Positions 29,859-39,917 of a stretch of DNA of 64,000 nucleotides are shown here, piece by piece (the first letter of the stretch is position 1; every line of letters starts with the position of its first letter). The translations under genes were made by a program, and so were the position numbers. A model generated the notes under the pieces. It had not been told where the DNA came from, did not search any database, and saw nothing but the letters and a program-made list of their open reading frames with translations. The DNA is from Bdellovibrio sp. GTDB lineage: Bacteria; Bdellovibrionota; Bdellovibrionia; Bdellovibrionales; Bdellovibrionaceae. Location: positions 118,593 through 182,592 of the forward strand of contig JAKFBS010000008.1 of the NCBI GenBank assembly GCA_036677065.1. Direction: 5' to 3'.

Positions 29859-32273
29859 ATGTGGAACGTGAACGCTGCAAAATTCTTAATTCTATTAAGC
29901 ATTTATTTGTTTGCTCTTCCTGTTTTTGCAATGAACGGACGAACGACTTATCAAGCGAAAATTTCAAAGCCTGATGGTTACCCACTGGAATCTGCCAGCG
30001 TAAATTTCAGATTCACCGTTTTAGATACCGTCGGCAGTTGTATTCTTTATGTCGAAGACTATGCGGCGATCAACATGCAAGATACCGGCGGTTTAGTATC
30101 GTTTGCATTAGGTAATGGATCGCGTGCGTTTCCAACCAGTGGAACTTCGCAAACATTTCAAAATATTTTTGACAACTCAGTAGCTTCTTTTCCCTGCCAA
30201 AATTTAGGAATTTATAATCCGGGCCCTAATGATACGCGCCGTGTGGTGATGCAATTTAACGAAGGTGTCGGTTGGCAAACGCTTCCAGCGATGACGATCA
30301 ATTCTGTTCCGTATTCGATGTTTGCAAATACGGCGAATATAGCAAAAACATTAAATGGTAAAGCTGATACAGATTTTGTTGAATACACAGCTCTTACAGG
30401 CTTGAACTGTCAAAGTAACGAAGCCATTAAATTTAATGGTGTAAGTTTTAGTTGTATTCCGGTATCAGGAATTTCTGTCAGCGGTTCAGTTTTAGCTATT
30501 GGCGGAACAGCTTCAGCACCAGTTATTTCTATGAGTGCAGTTTCAATGTCGAGTGATGGTTATTTAACATCATCAGATTATGCCGAATTTAAAGCTCAAG
30601 TCAGTAATGTGAGTGCAACAGCACCGTTAGCCTCGACGGGTGGATCAACACCAACAATTTCAATCACTCAAGCGACATCTGCGTCGAATGGTTATTTATC
30701 TGCAGCAGATTTCGTAACATTTAATAGTAAACAAAATGCCTTAGGTTATATTCCGTTAGATAGCGCCGTCTCTGGAACTTTTGCCGTCAAAGCTAATAAC
30801 TTATCTGATTTAACAAATGTCGCAACCGCCAGAACTAATTTAGGACTTGGAACTTTTGCGGTAGCAAACAGTATTGATTTAGGTTCAGCCAGTGCAACCG
30901 GAATCATTAATGAAGCCCGCTTCGCTAATCGCAGTGGGGTAACATCAGGAACGCAATACACAAAAGTCACGGTCGATGGAAAAGGTTTTGTAACTAACGG
31001 AAGCCAAATTTCATCAGGTGATGTGACCACGGCTTTAGGTTATACACCGGCCAGCGCCTCAGCCAGTACACAGTGGAACACCAGTGGCACAACTATTAAT
31101 TATACAAATGGTTTTGTCGGTCTTGGAACCGCGGCGCCACAAGCCGCCTTAGATATTTTTAGTGGTTCATTAAGATTTTCAAATCTTTTAAGTGGCCAAG
31201 GAATTTCTGGATACTCTGGTGGTGGCGTGAATGTCATGAATCTAATCAGAGAAGATGCTATTAGTACGGGTGGATTAACTATGACTGCCTACGGCGGCAT
31301 CGGTTTTGCGACTGGTGAAACTGCACCGACAACAAATTATGATTTTTTCATTAATAATACAGGTCGGGTGGGTATCGGAACAAATACGCCAACTGCGCAA
31401 CTTGAAGTTAAAAACACATCGGCTACGATTAAAATCACATCGAGTGATGGAGTTAGCCCAAGTTATTTAAGAACAAATTTAAACGGGGTTTTTAATAGTT
31501 TTTTTGGAACTGAAGGCCTTGCCGGCACGCTGTTTACCAATAGTTTAACTTTTGCTACGGTTCTTGGTTCACAATCAAATGTGCCTGTGCAAATCGCCAC
31601 AAATGGGTCTGTTAAAACATCCATACTTGCTAATGGTAATATGGGTGTAGGCACGATTAGCCCCTCTGAAAAATTAGTCGTTGGTGATGATCTTGGCGAT
31701 CTGACTGCTGGAAATGGTATTGTCGTTGGTGATGCTACAGGCGGTGGTTCTGTTTTTGTCGGAAAAGATGCTAGTAATTGGGGGCGAATTTCTTTTCAAA
31801 ATGACAAGTTTGCAATTCAGCACAATGATGCCGGAACAACCAGTTCTATTTACATGGATGCGGGTAATGTCGGCATCGGAACAACAGCTCCGGCTGCAAA
31901 ACTGGATGTTCAAGGTCAGGTTAAAACTTCAATGGGTACTCCGTTAGTAAATCCGGCCAGCGAAGCCGTTGATTTTGCTTCTGGTAATACTCAGTATGTT
32001 ACCTTTAGTACGTGTCCTGGTAATGTGTTAACAGTGAATTTATTTTCGATACACGAAGGCAGTAGTTATTCGATTGTTATCGTTGCGCCGAATGGCTGTC
32101 TGGTTGATTTTACCGGTATCTCGCATGCGATTGGTGGTTCTGGTGGAACCGCAGTGACAGCTTTTAAATATCCGGCAGGTCAAAAGTTTTCATCAACGGG
32201 TAACCCGATGGTGTATTCTTTCTTGCGCGCAAACAATTTTGTATTCGTGGCACAAGTCGTAGATTTTCAATGA
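29859..32273 (+). CDS. Phage-tail-fibre-like mosaic adhesin (MAT-like), paralogue of 20197..24738
   Basis: Near-colinear N-terminal ~240 aa with fibre 1; KANNLSDL..ARTNLGLG and YTKVTVD.KG fibre motifs; 4 GxVGIGT repeats; VDFASGNTQ tip domain. Confidence 0.85.
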   Translation: MWNVNAAKFLILLSIYLFALPVFAMNGRTTYQAKISKPDGYPLESASVNFRFTVLDTVGSCILYVEDYAAINMQDTGGLVSFALGNGSRAFPTSGTSQTFQNIFDNSVASFPCQNLGIYNPGPNDTRRVVMQFNEGVGWQTLPAMTINSVPYSMFANTANIAKTLNGKADTDFVEYTALTGLNCQSNEAIKFNGVSFSCIPVSGISVSGSVLAIGGTASAPVISMSAVSMSSDGYLTSSDYAEFKAQVSNVSATAPLASTGGSTPTISITQATSASNGYLSAADFVTFNSKQNALGYIPLDSAVSGTFAVKANNLSDLTNVATARTNLGLGTFAVANSIDLGSASATGIINEARFANRSGVTSGTQYTKVTVDGKGFVTNGSQISSGDVTTALGYTPASASASTQWNTSGTTINYTNGFVGLGTAAPQAALDIFSGSLRFSNLLSGQGISGYSGGGVNVMNLIREDAISTGGLTMTAYGGIGFATGETAPTTNYDFFINNTGRVGIGTNTPTAQLEVKNTSATIKITSSDGVSPSYLRTNLNGVFNSFFGTEGLAGTLFTNSLTFATVLGSQSNVPVQIATNGSVKTSILANGNMGVGTISPSEKLVVGDDLGDLTAGNGIVVGDATGGGSVFVGKDASNWGRISFQNDKFAIQHNDAGTTSSIYMDAGNVGIGTTAPAAKLDVQGQVKTSMGTPLVNPASEAVDFASGNTQYVTFSTCPGNVLTVNLFSIHEGSSYSIVIVAPNGCLVDFTGISHAIGGSGGTAVTAFKYPAGQKFSSTGNPMVYSFLRANNFVFVAQVVDFQ

Positions 32274-35200
32274 TGAAGATAAGTTTAATTATTCTTTTTA
32301 TATTTTACGGTTTTTTCGGAAATGCGTTTTTTCCGAATATGGCCTTTTGGAAAAGATCAATTTATCCAGTCTTTGCCTCAGTTAGTTCAACCGGAATCGG
32401 TACAACCCCAAGTAATGATACCAGCCAGCGCTATATTACTGTCGGCGGGCCGGGAATTCTTTCATATAAAGCAGTGCTGATTACTTCAGGCACATGTAAC
32501 AGTGCCGGAGTAGCTGCTAATTTACTTGCGGCGACTGAAGAAACTATTGCCACTAATTTTTATTTTACTCCGCCGGTGAATACCGTCGATGATTTTTTCA
32601 CTGTCTGTGTGATCGGTAAAAACTTTGTGGGTGCCTGGCAGAATGAAAATTTACCCACAGCCAGTATTACCTTACGTGTGAATACGATTAAACCTGTCGT
32701 GCAAACTCTTTCTGCCGACGGTGGAGCAACCGCAACAGATTCTAATGTGGTGCAAATTGCGCTGACAGCAAATCACACGAATTTAAAAATTAATCAGTTT
32801 TGTTTAAAATCACAAATCGGAACTCCTGCACCTGATGATCCACCTAAAAACGATGCGTGCTGGAAAACCCTGGATGGGATTAACCCGGCGATATTGCCAG
32901 CAACAGCCATTAATTTTTCTGGATTTAATTTTAGTATTGGTTATGTGCAAGCGACCTATTCAATCTATGCCTGGGCCAAAAGCGAAGCGGGCGCAATTTC
33001 TTCACTTTCTAATACGGCCTCGGGCACCATCGGCATTGATAAATTTGATACCACGTACACACCGCCACAAGCCCCTGAAATTACCAATGTACTGGCTTTA
33101 AATTCTGATACTCCCGGAAGCCCGATTTCAGAAGCGGATTTATTTATTCCGGCAGGGCAATCAGTTTTTATCAAATGGGCAGCAACTGACGATATTGCGT
33201 TGCCTGCTGATGCGATCACGATTTCTTTTACCGCTGATGAAGAAATTTTTAATTCTGTGGTCAGTGGTATTCCGAATGTGGCCGGAGCAGGGTGCACTAT
33301 TGATGGTAATGCCACCGGCTGCTACAGATGGACTAACGGGTCACCATTTTCAACATACTTTAAAGTTCGGGTGGGCGTTGCAGATACAACGGGTTTAATC
33401 AGCTACGCCTCGGCTCCGCCAAATAACACTACACCTTTTTCTATTATTGCCGGCAATACTGATTTAGGTTTAAACGGCAGTGCGGCCTCAGCTATTTTTA
33501 AAACACGCAACGCTGCAGGTACTAATAATTCTGGACAAGGCCGCTTCGTTGTCCGCAGTGATGGTAATGTTTATATTTTAGATGAACGTGGGTTATTGCA
33601 AATTAATCCCTATGATGGCTTATTAAAATTATATATGCCGATCAATGGCACTGCGGTAAATGGCAATGTTGCTAGCGCTAGCTTAAAAAATCCAATCAAA
33701 ATGGCGCTCGATGCTTCAGAAAATTTAATAATTTATGACTACGATCTAATTCGAAAAATTAATTTTACAACAGGACAAATCACGACTTTAATTGGTGGGG
33801 GTAATAGCAACGCCAATGCAACTTTAGCCAGTGATTTTCAAATTAATCCCATCGGTGGCAGTTTTGAATATGTATTATTTACGATTTTGCCGAATGGAAA
33901 TATCTGGTTTCAAATTAATGATGACTTTATGCGCTCACGTAATGCCGGCGCAAAAGTTCGTTATTACAATGCCGCTGATCAAAAAGTTTATATTATCACT
34001 CCGTCAGGAACAGGTTCTCTTGAAGATGCTGGTTTTGATCCAAGCACGTACTCAATTTATAATTTCGGAATCACTTTTGATCCGGACACCTCAACTGTAA
34101 CAAAAATTCGTTCGCGCTCGATTATTCCAACCACCGGTGGTCATAATCCGCGAAGTGTAAGTTATAATCCAACTCACGGGGGTGTTGAAGCTCCACATAT
34201 TCCATTTGTTAATTATTGGGCTGATGATAATACCTTCACCGCTATGAGTGGTGTGATGTACAACGTGGATCACTTCGATAGGCAGGGAATTCACCGCTAT
34301 AATCCACTGACGAACTCGTGGGTTCGCCTATTAGGTACGGGCACCAAAGGGCAATGTCTTGATGGCGTGGATGCGCTTTCGTGCAATACAGATTTAACTG
34401 ATGTTTATGTAAGTCCGGTCGGGCAAGTTTATTTCATGGATAGAAACCGCATTCGTGTGATCGATGCGGCAAACCAAGTACAAACTTTATTCGGGCAATC
34501 ATTAGCTTTCGGAGACGGCTCAAAAGCGACTTCGGCTCGTCTATCGCGAGTGCTGTGGATTGACCGTGCAAGTGATGGGCGAATTATGGTAGCTGATAAT
34601 AATGAATTTCGAATTCGCGAATTTATCGCTGGCGGAACCATGTCACTTGTTGCCGGTAACGGATCTGATAGTGCACCCAACACCGTAAGCCCTGCTGTTA
34701 GCCAACCGATCACGGTCAAATACTGGGGAGCCACATATCCATTTGCAGTCGATGCGCCCACCGGTGATATTTTCTATGCGCGAGGTGGTTCATATCTTTC
34801 ACGCTTAACGCGTGCCACAGGTTTGTGGTCTGATATTGCCGGCGGTGGTGCAACTGATTACACGGCAGGTGATGCATTGATTGGAAATCAAATTTCAATC
34901 TCAGGTTATCCACAAGGGCCAATGGGTTATAACGGTTCACAAATCATGCGTTCATTCCATCAATGGAACGGCACAACCCAGGTTAATTCAATGATTAAAC
35001 TTTATAGCACGGCTGATGGCACCCAGACTCACTTTGCCGGGCTGCTTGGTGTTAATGTCGGTTCACTTGATAGCTGTGCGGTCAGCAGTACGCTGGCTAC
35101 TTGTAAAGCTCCGACAAATTTTAATTCTTTTTCAAAAGCGCAGTGGGATTCTGTGAATAGCTATTGGTTAATTCACCATATCGGCAGTTCAATTATTCAC

Positions 35201-35485
35201 ACCGCCGTCGAAGGCGGAGAAATCGGCAATCTAGTCAGTCTTCCGCGCGGGGCTCAATCTTTTTATTACGTCGTGAAAACTGGCATTCCGCATGTGTATT
35301 ATTGCTCTGGTGGTAAAGTGTATAAATATAATCTGAACACATCGAGCGAGACGGCGTTATTCTGGCCTAGTGAAACGATCAGTTGTGATGGCTATTCGAT
35401 GACTTGGGATCCCGTGCAAAATTCAATTATTTTTCCGATTTTACAAAATGGCATAGGCGGGGTAGCTAGGATTTTAGATCCTTAA
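32270..35485 (+). CDS. Large secreted protein with Ig-like domains and NHL-type (teneurin-like) beta-propeller
   Basis: Signal peptide then FFPNMAFWKR; repeats IIAGN, LIGGG, LLGTG, GDGSKATSARL, VAGNG; ATGA overlap with fibre 2. Confidence 0.75.
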   Translation: MMKISLIILFIFYGFFGNAFFPNMAFWKRSIYPVFASVSSTGIGTTPSNDTSQRYITVGGPGILSYKAVLITSGTCNSAGVAANLLAATEETIATNFYFTPPVNTVDDFFTVCVIGKNFVGAWQNENLPTASITLRVNTIKPVVQTLSADGGATATDSNVVQIALTANHTNLKINQFCLKSQIGTPAPDDPPKNDACWKTLDGINPAILPATAINFSGFNFSIGYVQATYSIYAWAKSEAGAISSLSNTASGTIGIDKFDTTYTPPQAPEITNVLALNSDTPGSPISEADLFIPAGQSVFIKWAATDDIALPADAITISFTADEEIFNSVVSGIPNVAGAGCTIDGNATGCYRWTNGSPFSTYFKVRVGVADTTGLISYASAPPNNTTPFSIIAGNTDLGLNGSAASAIFKTRNAAGTNNSGQGRFVVRSDGNVYILDERGLLQINPYDGLLKLYMPINGTAVNGNVASASLKNPIKMALDASENLIIYDYDLIRKINFTTGQITTLIGGGNSNANATLASDFQINPIGGSFEYVLFTILPNGNIWFQINDDFMRSRNAGAKVRYYNAADQKVYIITPSGTGSLEDAGFDPSTYSIYNFGITFDPDTSTVTKIRSRSIIPTTGGHNPRSVSYNPTHGGVEAPHIPFVNYWADDNTFTAMSGVMYNVDHFDRQGIHRYNPLTNSWVRLLGTGTKGQCLDGVDALSCNTDLTDVYVSPVGQVYFMDRNRIRVIDAANQVQTLFGQSLAFGDGSKATSARLSRVLWIDRASDGRIMVADNNEFRIREFIAGGTMSLVAGNGSDSAPNTVSPAVSQPITVKYWGATYPFAVDAPTGDIFYARGGSYLSRLTRATGLWSDIAGGGATDYTAGDALIGNQISISGYPQGPMGYNGSQIMRSFHQWNGTTQVNSMIKLYSTADGTQTHFAGLLGVNVGSLDSCAVSSTLATCKAPTNFNSFSKAQWDSVNSYWLIHHIGSSIIHTAVEGGEIGNLVSLPRGAQSFYYVVKTGIPHVYYCSGGKVYKYNLNTSSETALFWPSETISCDGYSMTWDPVQNSIIFPILQNGIGGVARILDP

Positions 35486-35496
35486 CGCAGCCTCTC

Positions 35497-35512
35497 GGGT
35501 CTCCATATTGCA
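35497..35512 (+). promoter_or_regulatory. Possible sigma-54 promoter
   Basis: GG-TCTCCATATT-GCA (GG-N10-GC with TTGCA) upstream of SD TAAGGAG. Confidence 0.4.
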
Positions 35513-35548
35513 TATCTTCTGAATATATACACGTAAGGAGATTTATCT

Positions 35549-37135
35549 ATGGAAACCAAATCAGTTTGGCAAGCAACCGCATCAATGCCAAAATTTTCTC
35601 CGCTCGCAGATAATTTAAATGTTGAAGTTTGTATTGTCGGTGGCGGTATCGCTGGTCTTACGACAGCTTATCTTTTAATGAAAGAAGGTTTGAAGGTCTG
35701 CGTCTTAGAAGCCCTTGACCTTGCAAGTGGTCAGACGGGCAAAACAACAGCTCATTTTGTAACAGCACTTGATGATCGCTTTTTTGCAATCGAAAAAATT
35801 CACGGTGAAGATGGGGCGAAGATTGCGGCAGATAGTCACCGCATGGCGATCGAGAAAGTTGAAAAAATTGTTCGCGATGAAAAAATTGAGTGCGATCTTG
35901 AAAGACTGGATGGTTATCTTTTTTCTAAAGGGGATTCTCGGGTAAATGTTTTAGAAAAAGAACTTGAAGCTGCTCGTCGTGCAGGCCTTGCAGATGTCGA
36001 ACTCATCGCGAATTCTACAATAGGTTCATTTAATACTGGCCAATGTCTTAGGTTTCCGAATCAGCTGCAACTGCATCCGTTAAAATATTTAGCAGCTCTG
36101 GCTAAAATAATTACTGAGCGTGGCGGTCTGATTTACACAAACACTCGAGTTAAAGAATTTCAGGGCGGAGATTTAGCCTTTGTAAAAACCGAAAGTGGCC
36201 ATAAAGTGACGGCCCGGTCAATTGTCGTAGCTACGAATAGTCCTGTGAATGATCTTTTTGCAATTCATACAAAACAAGCGCCCTACAGAACTTATGTTCT
36301 CGGATTTAAAGTTCCGAAAGGAAGTCTTTCAAAAGGTCTTTATTGGGATACCTTAGATCCATATCATTATCTTCGCCTTGAAAAAGGTGATGATACGCAT
36401 GAAGTGTTAATTGTCGGTGGTGAAGATCATAAAACAGGTCAAGATGATCATCCTGAAAATAGATTTGAAAGTTTAGAACGCTGGACACGCGATCGCTTTC
36501 TGATGACATCAGATATTCTTTATAAGTGGTCAGGACAAGTGATGGAGCCTGTGGATGGCATGGCTTTTCTTGGTCGCAATCCTATGGATAGAAATAATGT
36601 CTATGTCATTACCGGAGACTCTGGCAACGGCATGACCCATTGTACGATCGGCGCTATGCTGGTCAGTGATCAAATCATGGGTCGCGAAAACCGCTGGGAA
36701 AAACTTTATAATCCTTCACGAATTTCGCTGCGTGCAACACCAGAATTCTTAAAAGAAAATCTGAATGTGGCGGCTCAGTACGGTGATTGGTTAGCCGTCA
36801 AAGCAAAACCGAATTTTGCAGATTTACCGGCAGGTGAGGGCACTGTTTTTCGTGATGGTTTGAAAATGGTCGCAGCTTTTAAAAATGAATCGGGAGACAT
36901 AGAATTAATGTCGGCATCATGCCCGCATTTAGCTGGAGTTGTAGCGTGGAATGATGTTGAAAAATCCTGGGATTGTCCTTGTCATGGTTCGCGCTTCGAT
37001 GCGCATGGCAAAGTGATCGAAGGACCAGCCTTCAGTGATTTAAAAAAATTAAAAGGTCTTGGGGATGAGGTCGTTGCTGATCTTAAAGCACAGCCGAAAA
37101 ATAAAGAGCGCAAAAAACCTGAAGTTCATCCTTAA
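35549..37135 (+). CDS. FAD-dependent oxidoreductase with C-terminal Rieske [2Fe-2S] domain (YhfW-like)
   Basis: IVGGGIAG; VGGEDHKTGQ; CPHLAG and WDCPCHGSRF. Confidence 0.93.
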   Translation: METKSVWQATASMPKFSPLADNLNVEVCIVGGGIAGLTTAYLLMKEGLKVCVLEALDLASGQTGKTTAHFVTALDDRFFAIEKIHGEDGAKIAADSHRMAIEKVEKIVRDEKIECDLERLDGYLFSKGDSRVNVLEKELEAARRAGLADVELIANSTIGSFNTGQCLRFPNQLQLHPLKYLAALAKIITERGGLIYTNTRVKEFQGGDLAFVKTESGHKVTARSIVVATNSPVNDLFAIHTKQAPYRTYVLGFKVPKGSLSKGLYWDTLDPYHYLRLEKGDDTHEVLIVGGEDHKTGQDDHPENRFESLERWTRDRFLMTSDILYKWSGQVMEPVDGMAFLGRNPMDRNNVYVITGDSGNGMTHCTIGAMLVSDQIMGRENRWEKLYNPSRISLRATPEFLKENLNVAAQYGDWLAVKAKPNFADLPAGEGTVFRDGLKMVAAFKNESGDIELMSASCPHLAGVVAWNDVEKSWDCPCHGSRFDAHGKVIEGPAFSDLKKLKGLGDEVVADLKAQPKNKERKKPEVHP

Positions 37136-37145
37136 GCAGATGTAG

Positions 37146-38423
37146 CTAATCAGCTTTTAACGCATTTAAAATAGACGTGTGATCTTTTTGAAAAATACGG
37201 CTAATTTCAGCAACCGTTAATTTTAATTCATCACGTAAACGCACAATAGCTTCTTTGCGTGCCGAAAAAATCAGTTTTGTTCTGGATTTGCCTTTTAAGT
37301 CAGAGACTTTTAATTTGTGCTTCAGTGCAGTTTCTTCAATAATTGAATCCACTGAAAGGTTTTTAATTTTTTCTTTCGATTGCACCGGAAACATTTTTTC
37401 AACAGCTTGTATGTCAAGATGGCCATTGATTTTTTTAAGCATAATTAAACGGTTAACAATGCCTTCAACGCTGCGATAACAGCTGCCAAAGTGTTGGCTG
37501 GTGTTTGTTTGTAAATCTGCATTTAAACTTAATTGATGATTATCAAGCTGCGCCCGAAAGTATTTCATTTTTGAATCATAACAGGGGGCTTCAAGGTGAA
37601 GCTGTAAACCTGACTGAAAGCGTGATTTCAGGCGTTCTTCAATAGTATCAATCGCCATTAAGTCACTATCTGAGGTGAAAAATATTTTCTTACCTGCAAG
37701 GCTATAATCATTCATTAAATTGAATAATTCTAATTGTGTGGCTTTGGCTCTGGCAATGGCCTGAATATCATCAATTAACAGTAAGTCTGTTTTTAAACGG
37801 TACTTATCACGAAATGCACCAGTCGTTTTGGTAAAAATCGCGGTTTGAAAATCATTAATAAATTCATCACCGCTGATCACTTTAACGCGTAGGTTAGGAT
37901 ATTGAGAAAGAGCTAACCAGCCAGCGGCATGCAACATATGACTTTTGCCTGCGCCTGATGGCCCCTTAATAAGAGCAAAAGGCATGGTGATTGATTTATC
38001 AGTAACTATCGCCTGTAGTGATTGCGCCGAAAAAGTATTTTCTAAAGTCGGAATCAAGGTATCAAAACTATATTGTCTTGAAAGCTCATATTTATTTTTA
38101 AATTGAAACGTTGGTGCAGCAACGGGTACTTGAATAGAAGCTGCAACGGGTGCGGCTTCTGACTCTGTTGAGTAATCCAATAATGATTGTTGGCGACTTT
38201 CAATAATAAATTCGATCAACGCAGGTTTATTGTAAAGTTTTTCGTACTTGTCCTGAATTTGACTCGTTAAATGTCTTACCGTCATCTCTTTAACTATTAA
38301 GCTTTCAACGCTTAATACGACTTTTGTAAAATCAGAAGATTCTGTGACTTCTGCAATTTTCACAGAATTCATCAGATAGCTGACTACAGGAGAATGAGAC
38401 AAATTAAGTTCAGGGAGGTTCAA
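37146..38423 (-). CDS. DnaA-like AAA+ protein (divergent paralogue outside the dnaA-dnaN locus)
   Basis: YSFDT, Walker A GPSGAGKSH, LLLIDDIQ, TQLELFN, ERLKSRF, RSVEG, domain IV KDHTSILNAL; TTG start with SD AAGGAA. Confidence 0.88.
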   Translation of the reverse strand: MNLPELNLSHSPVVSYLMNSVKIAEVTESSDFTKVVLSVESLIVKEMTVRHLTSQIQDKYEKLYNKPALIEFIIESRQQSLLDYSTESEAAPVAASIQVPVAAPTFQFKNKYELSRQYSFDTLIPTLENTFSAQSLQAIVTDKSITMPFALIKGPSGAGKSHMLHAAGWLALSQYPNLRVKVISGDEFINDFQTAIFTKTTGAFRDKYRLKTDLLLIDDIQAIARAKATQLELFNLMNDYSLAGKKIFFTSDSDLMAIDTIEERLKSRFQSGLQLHLEAPCYDSKMKYFRAQLDNHQLSLNADLQTNTSQHFGSCYRSVEGIVNRLIMLKKINGHLDIQAVEKMFPVQSKEKIKNLSVDSIIEETALKHKLKVSDLKGKSRTKLIFSARKEAIVRLRDELKLTVAEISRIFQKDHTSILNALKAD

Positions 38424-38619
38424 AGCAGAGTTCCTTTTTTAAAGAGCTGCTATGCTTGATCGAATTTTTTTTTGATTCAATCTAATAATTTTTTAAGAAT
38501 TGCGTGACGAAAATACACTCAAATTTAATGGCACTTTTATCTATTTTGCGGAAAAAATAGTGCGTTAATTTTGTAAAATAAATTGTAATTAAATTTTTTA
38601 TTTAAAAATGAAAAAAACT

Positions 38620-38650
38620 AAAACGCCTTTTCGAGATTAAAAGACGTTTT
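38620..38650 (-). terminator. Intrinsic terminator of the L,D-transpeptidase-like gene
   Basis: AAAACGCCTTTT/AAAAGACGTTTT; the mismatch is G-U on the minus strand. Confidence 0.6.
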
Positions 38651-38674
38651 TGCTTAAATTAAGCGCTATAGCGA

Positions 38675-39406
38675 CTACTTAGAAAGATTGGCGTAAAGTA
38701 AGCTTCCGTTTTTGATCTTAGCAACCACTGAAGAGTGATATTTCGGATCTAGAACAAAACAGCCCCAGCTGCGGCCGGCTTTTTTCTTTTCTTCGCTGAC
38801 ATAACTTGCGCTGTGAACAACAACAGCTCTGGCGCGAGCTTTTGAGTTTGTTGAAGATAAGCCGTCTAAGCGAATAGAAAGGCCATGTTTACCATGATAA
38901 GTTTCAGCTACACGAAAGTAGCCCAGTGAAGACATCTCGCTGCCTGATACATTGCTATAGCGTTCTGCGTAGCCATCATTGTTCGTATCAGAACCTTTAC
39001 CGTGTGAAGTGTGTAAGGCTGAAACTTTTCCGGTCGTCATATCAACTAAGTAAAAACGCGATTTAGATGAATGTGCCGAAAAATCAACAATTGAAAGATA
39101 TTTTTGATTCGCAAAATTTTTCTTATTCACATCAAAATAGGCAAGTGCTGCGTCACGCAGTTTTTTTGGAATCACGCGACTAGGGTCAACATAGTCATAG
39201 TTTGTACCAGATTGGGCAATATCTTCAGCTGTGATGTCTTCAGTTAAAGTATGAGGTACATTATTCTTAAAATCTAAACGATCTTGAACGGCTTTTGGTA
39301 AAACAACTTCGCGCGTTGTTTCTTCTGCTGCGCCAGTCGTTTGCGCCAATGAAGTGATTGGGCTTAATGATAAAAATAGGGCTAAAGACAATTTTTTTGC
39401 CGACAT
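38675..39406 (-). CDS. Murein L,D-transpeptidase catalytic-domain family protein (YkuD_2-like)
   Basis: Signal peptide; IVDFS, HGKGSD, SSLG, VVHSA, GRSWGCF. Confidence 0.9.
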   Translation of the reverse strand: MSAKKLSLALFLSLSPITSLAQTTGAAEETTREVVLPKAVQDRLDFKNNVPHTLTEDITAEDIAQSGTNYDYVDPSRVIPKKLRDAALAYFDVNKKNFANQKYLSIVDFSAHSSKSRFYLVDMTTGKVSALHTSHGKGSDTNNDGYAERYSNVSGSEMSSLGYFRVAETYHGKHGLSIRLDGLSSTNSKARARAVVVHSASYVSEEKKKAGRSWGCFVLDPKYHSSVVAKIKNGSLLYANLSK

Positions 39407-39560
39407 GAAAATCCTCCGAAGTTATGTAGAGATTTTCGGATGTTTTTCGTGCAAGAGTTAATCCAGTTTTTACCAGAAGTGGATAAAGGCGAGATAAAAT
39501 TTTTGTGTAACGATAAATTGCGTCACGTTAGGACCTAAGGCGTAGGATTTTGCTTAAGCC

Positions 39561-39589
39561 AAAAGAAAACGCCGACGGTAAAGTCGGCG
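39561..39589 (-). terminator. Intrinsic terminator
   Basis: CGCCGAC-N6-GTCGGCG followed by TTTTCTTTT on the minus strand. Confidence 0.75.
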
Positions 39590-39617
39590 ATTCTATATGG
39601 TATTTACCTAAATAAAA

Positions 39618-39917
39618 TTATTTAGATAAAAAACGGCAGTGTTGACCGATTAGGTTAGCAGAAATGCCAGAACCTACAGTCACAGTTTCGCCAACAGCAG
39701 CTGAAGCATCGATTCTTTGTTGAACAACAACTTCACGCTCTTTACCAGCGCGACGTTCCATGTTGTACACAACATATTTGTAAGTTTTAGCAGATCCACC
39801 GTTAGTTACAGAACAGTGATATTCGCCACCAGAGAAAGATAGTTTTCCGTACGTGCTCGATAGAGCATGTGCAGATAAAGAAGCCACAGTAGCCAATAAT
39901 ACGATAACAGTTTTCAT
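39618..39917 (-). CDS. Small secreted hypothetical protein
   Basis: SD GGAGG, signal peptide MKTVIVLLATVASLSAHA, two Cys. Confidence 0.75.
   Translation of the reverse strand: MKTVIVLLATVASLSAHALSSTYGKLSFSGGEYHCSVTNGGSAKTYKYVVYNMERRAGKEREVVVQQRIDASAAVGETVTVGSGISANLIGQHCRFLSK

Noticed and set aside
20197..32273. Fibre genes as a prophage remnant or DGR target
   Set aside because: Both have signal peptides and host sigma-28 motifs; no capsid, terminase, integrase, reverse transcriptase or template repeat in the window
38424..38674. AT-rich region upstream of the DnaA-like gene as oriC
   Set aside because: No convincing TTATCCACA boxes; part of it is explained by a terminator
39434..39461. 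Sigma-28-like TAAC-N16-TCCGAAAA upstream of the L,D-transpeptidase-like gene
   Set aside because: Spacer and -10 both deviate from the other five sites; too weak to call
39478..39517. Single DnaA-box-like AGTGGATAA and three GATAAA words
   Set aside because: One 8/9 match and short AT-rich words are expected by chance; irregular spacing
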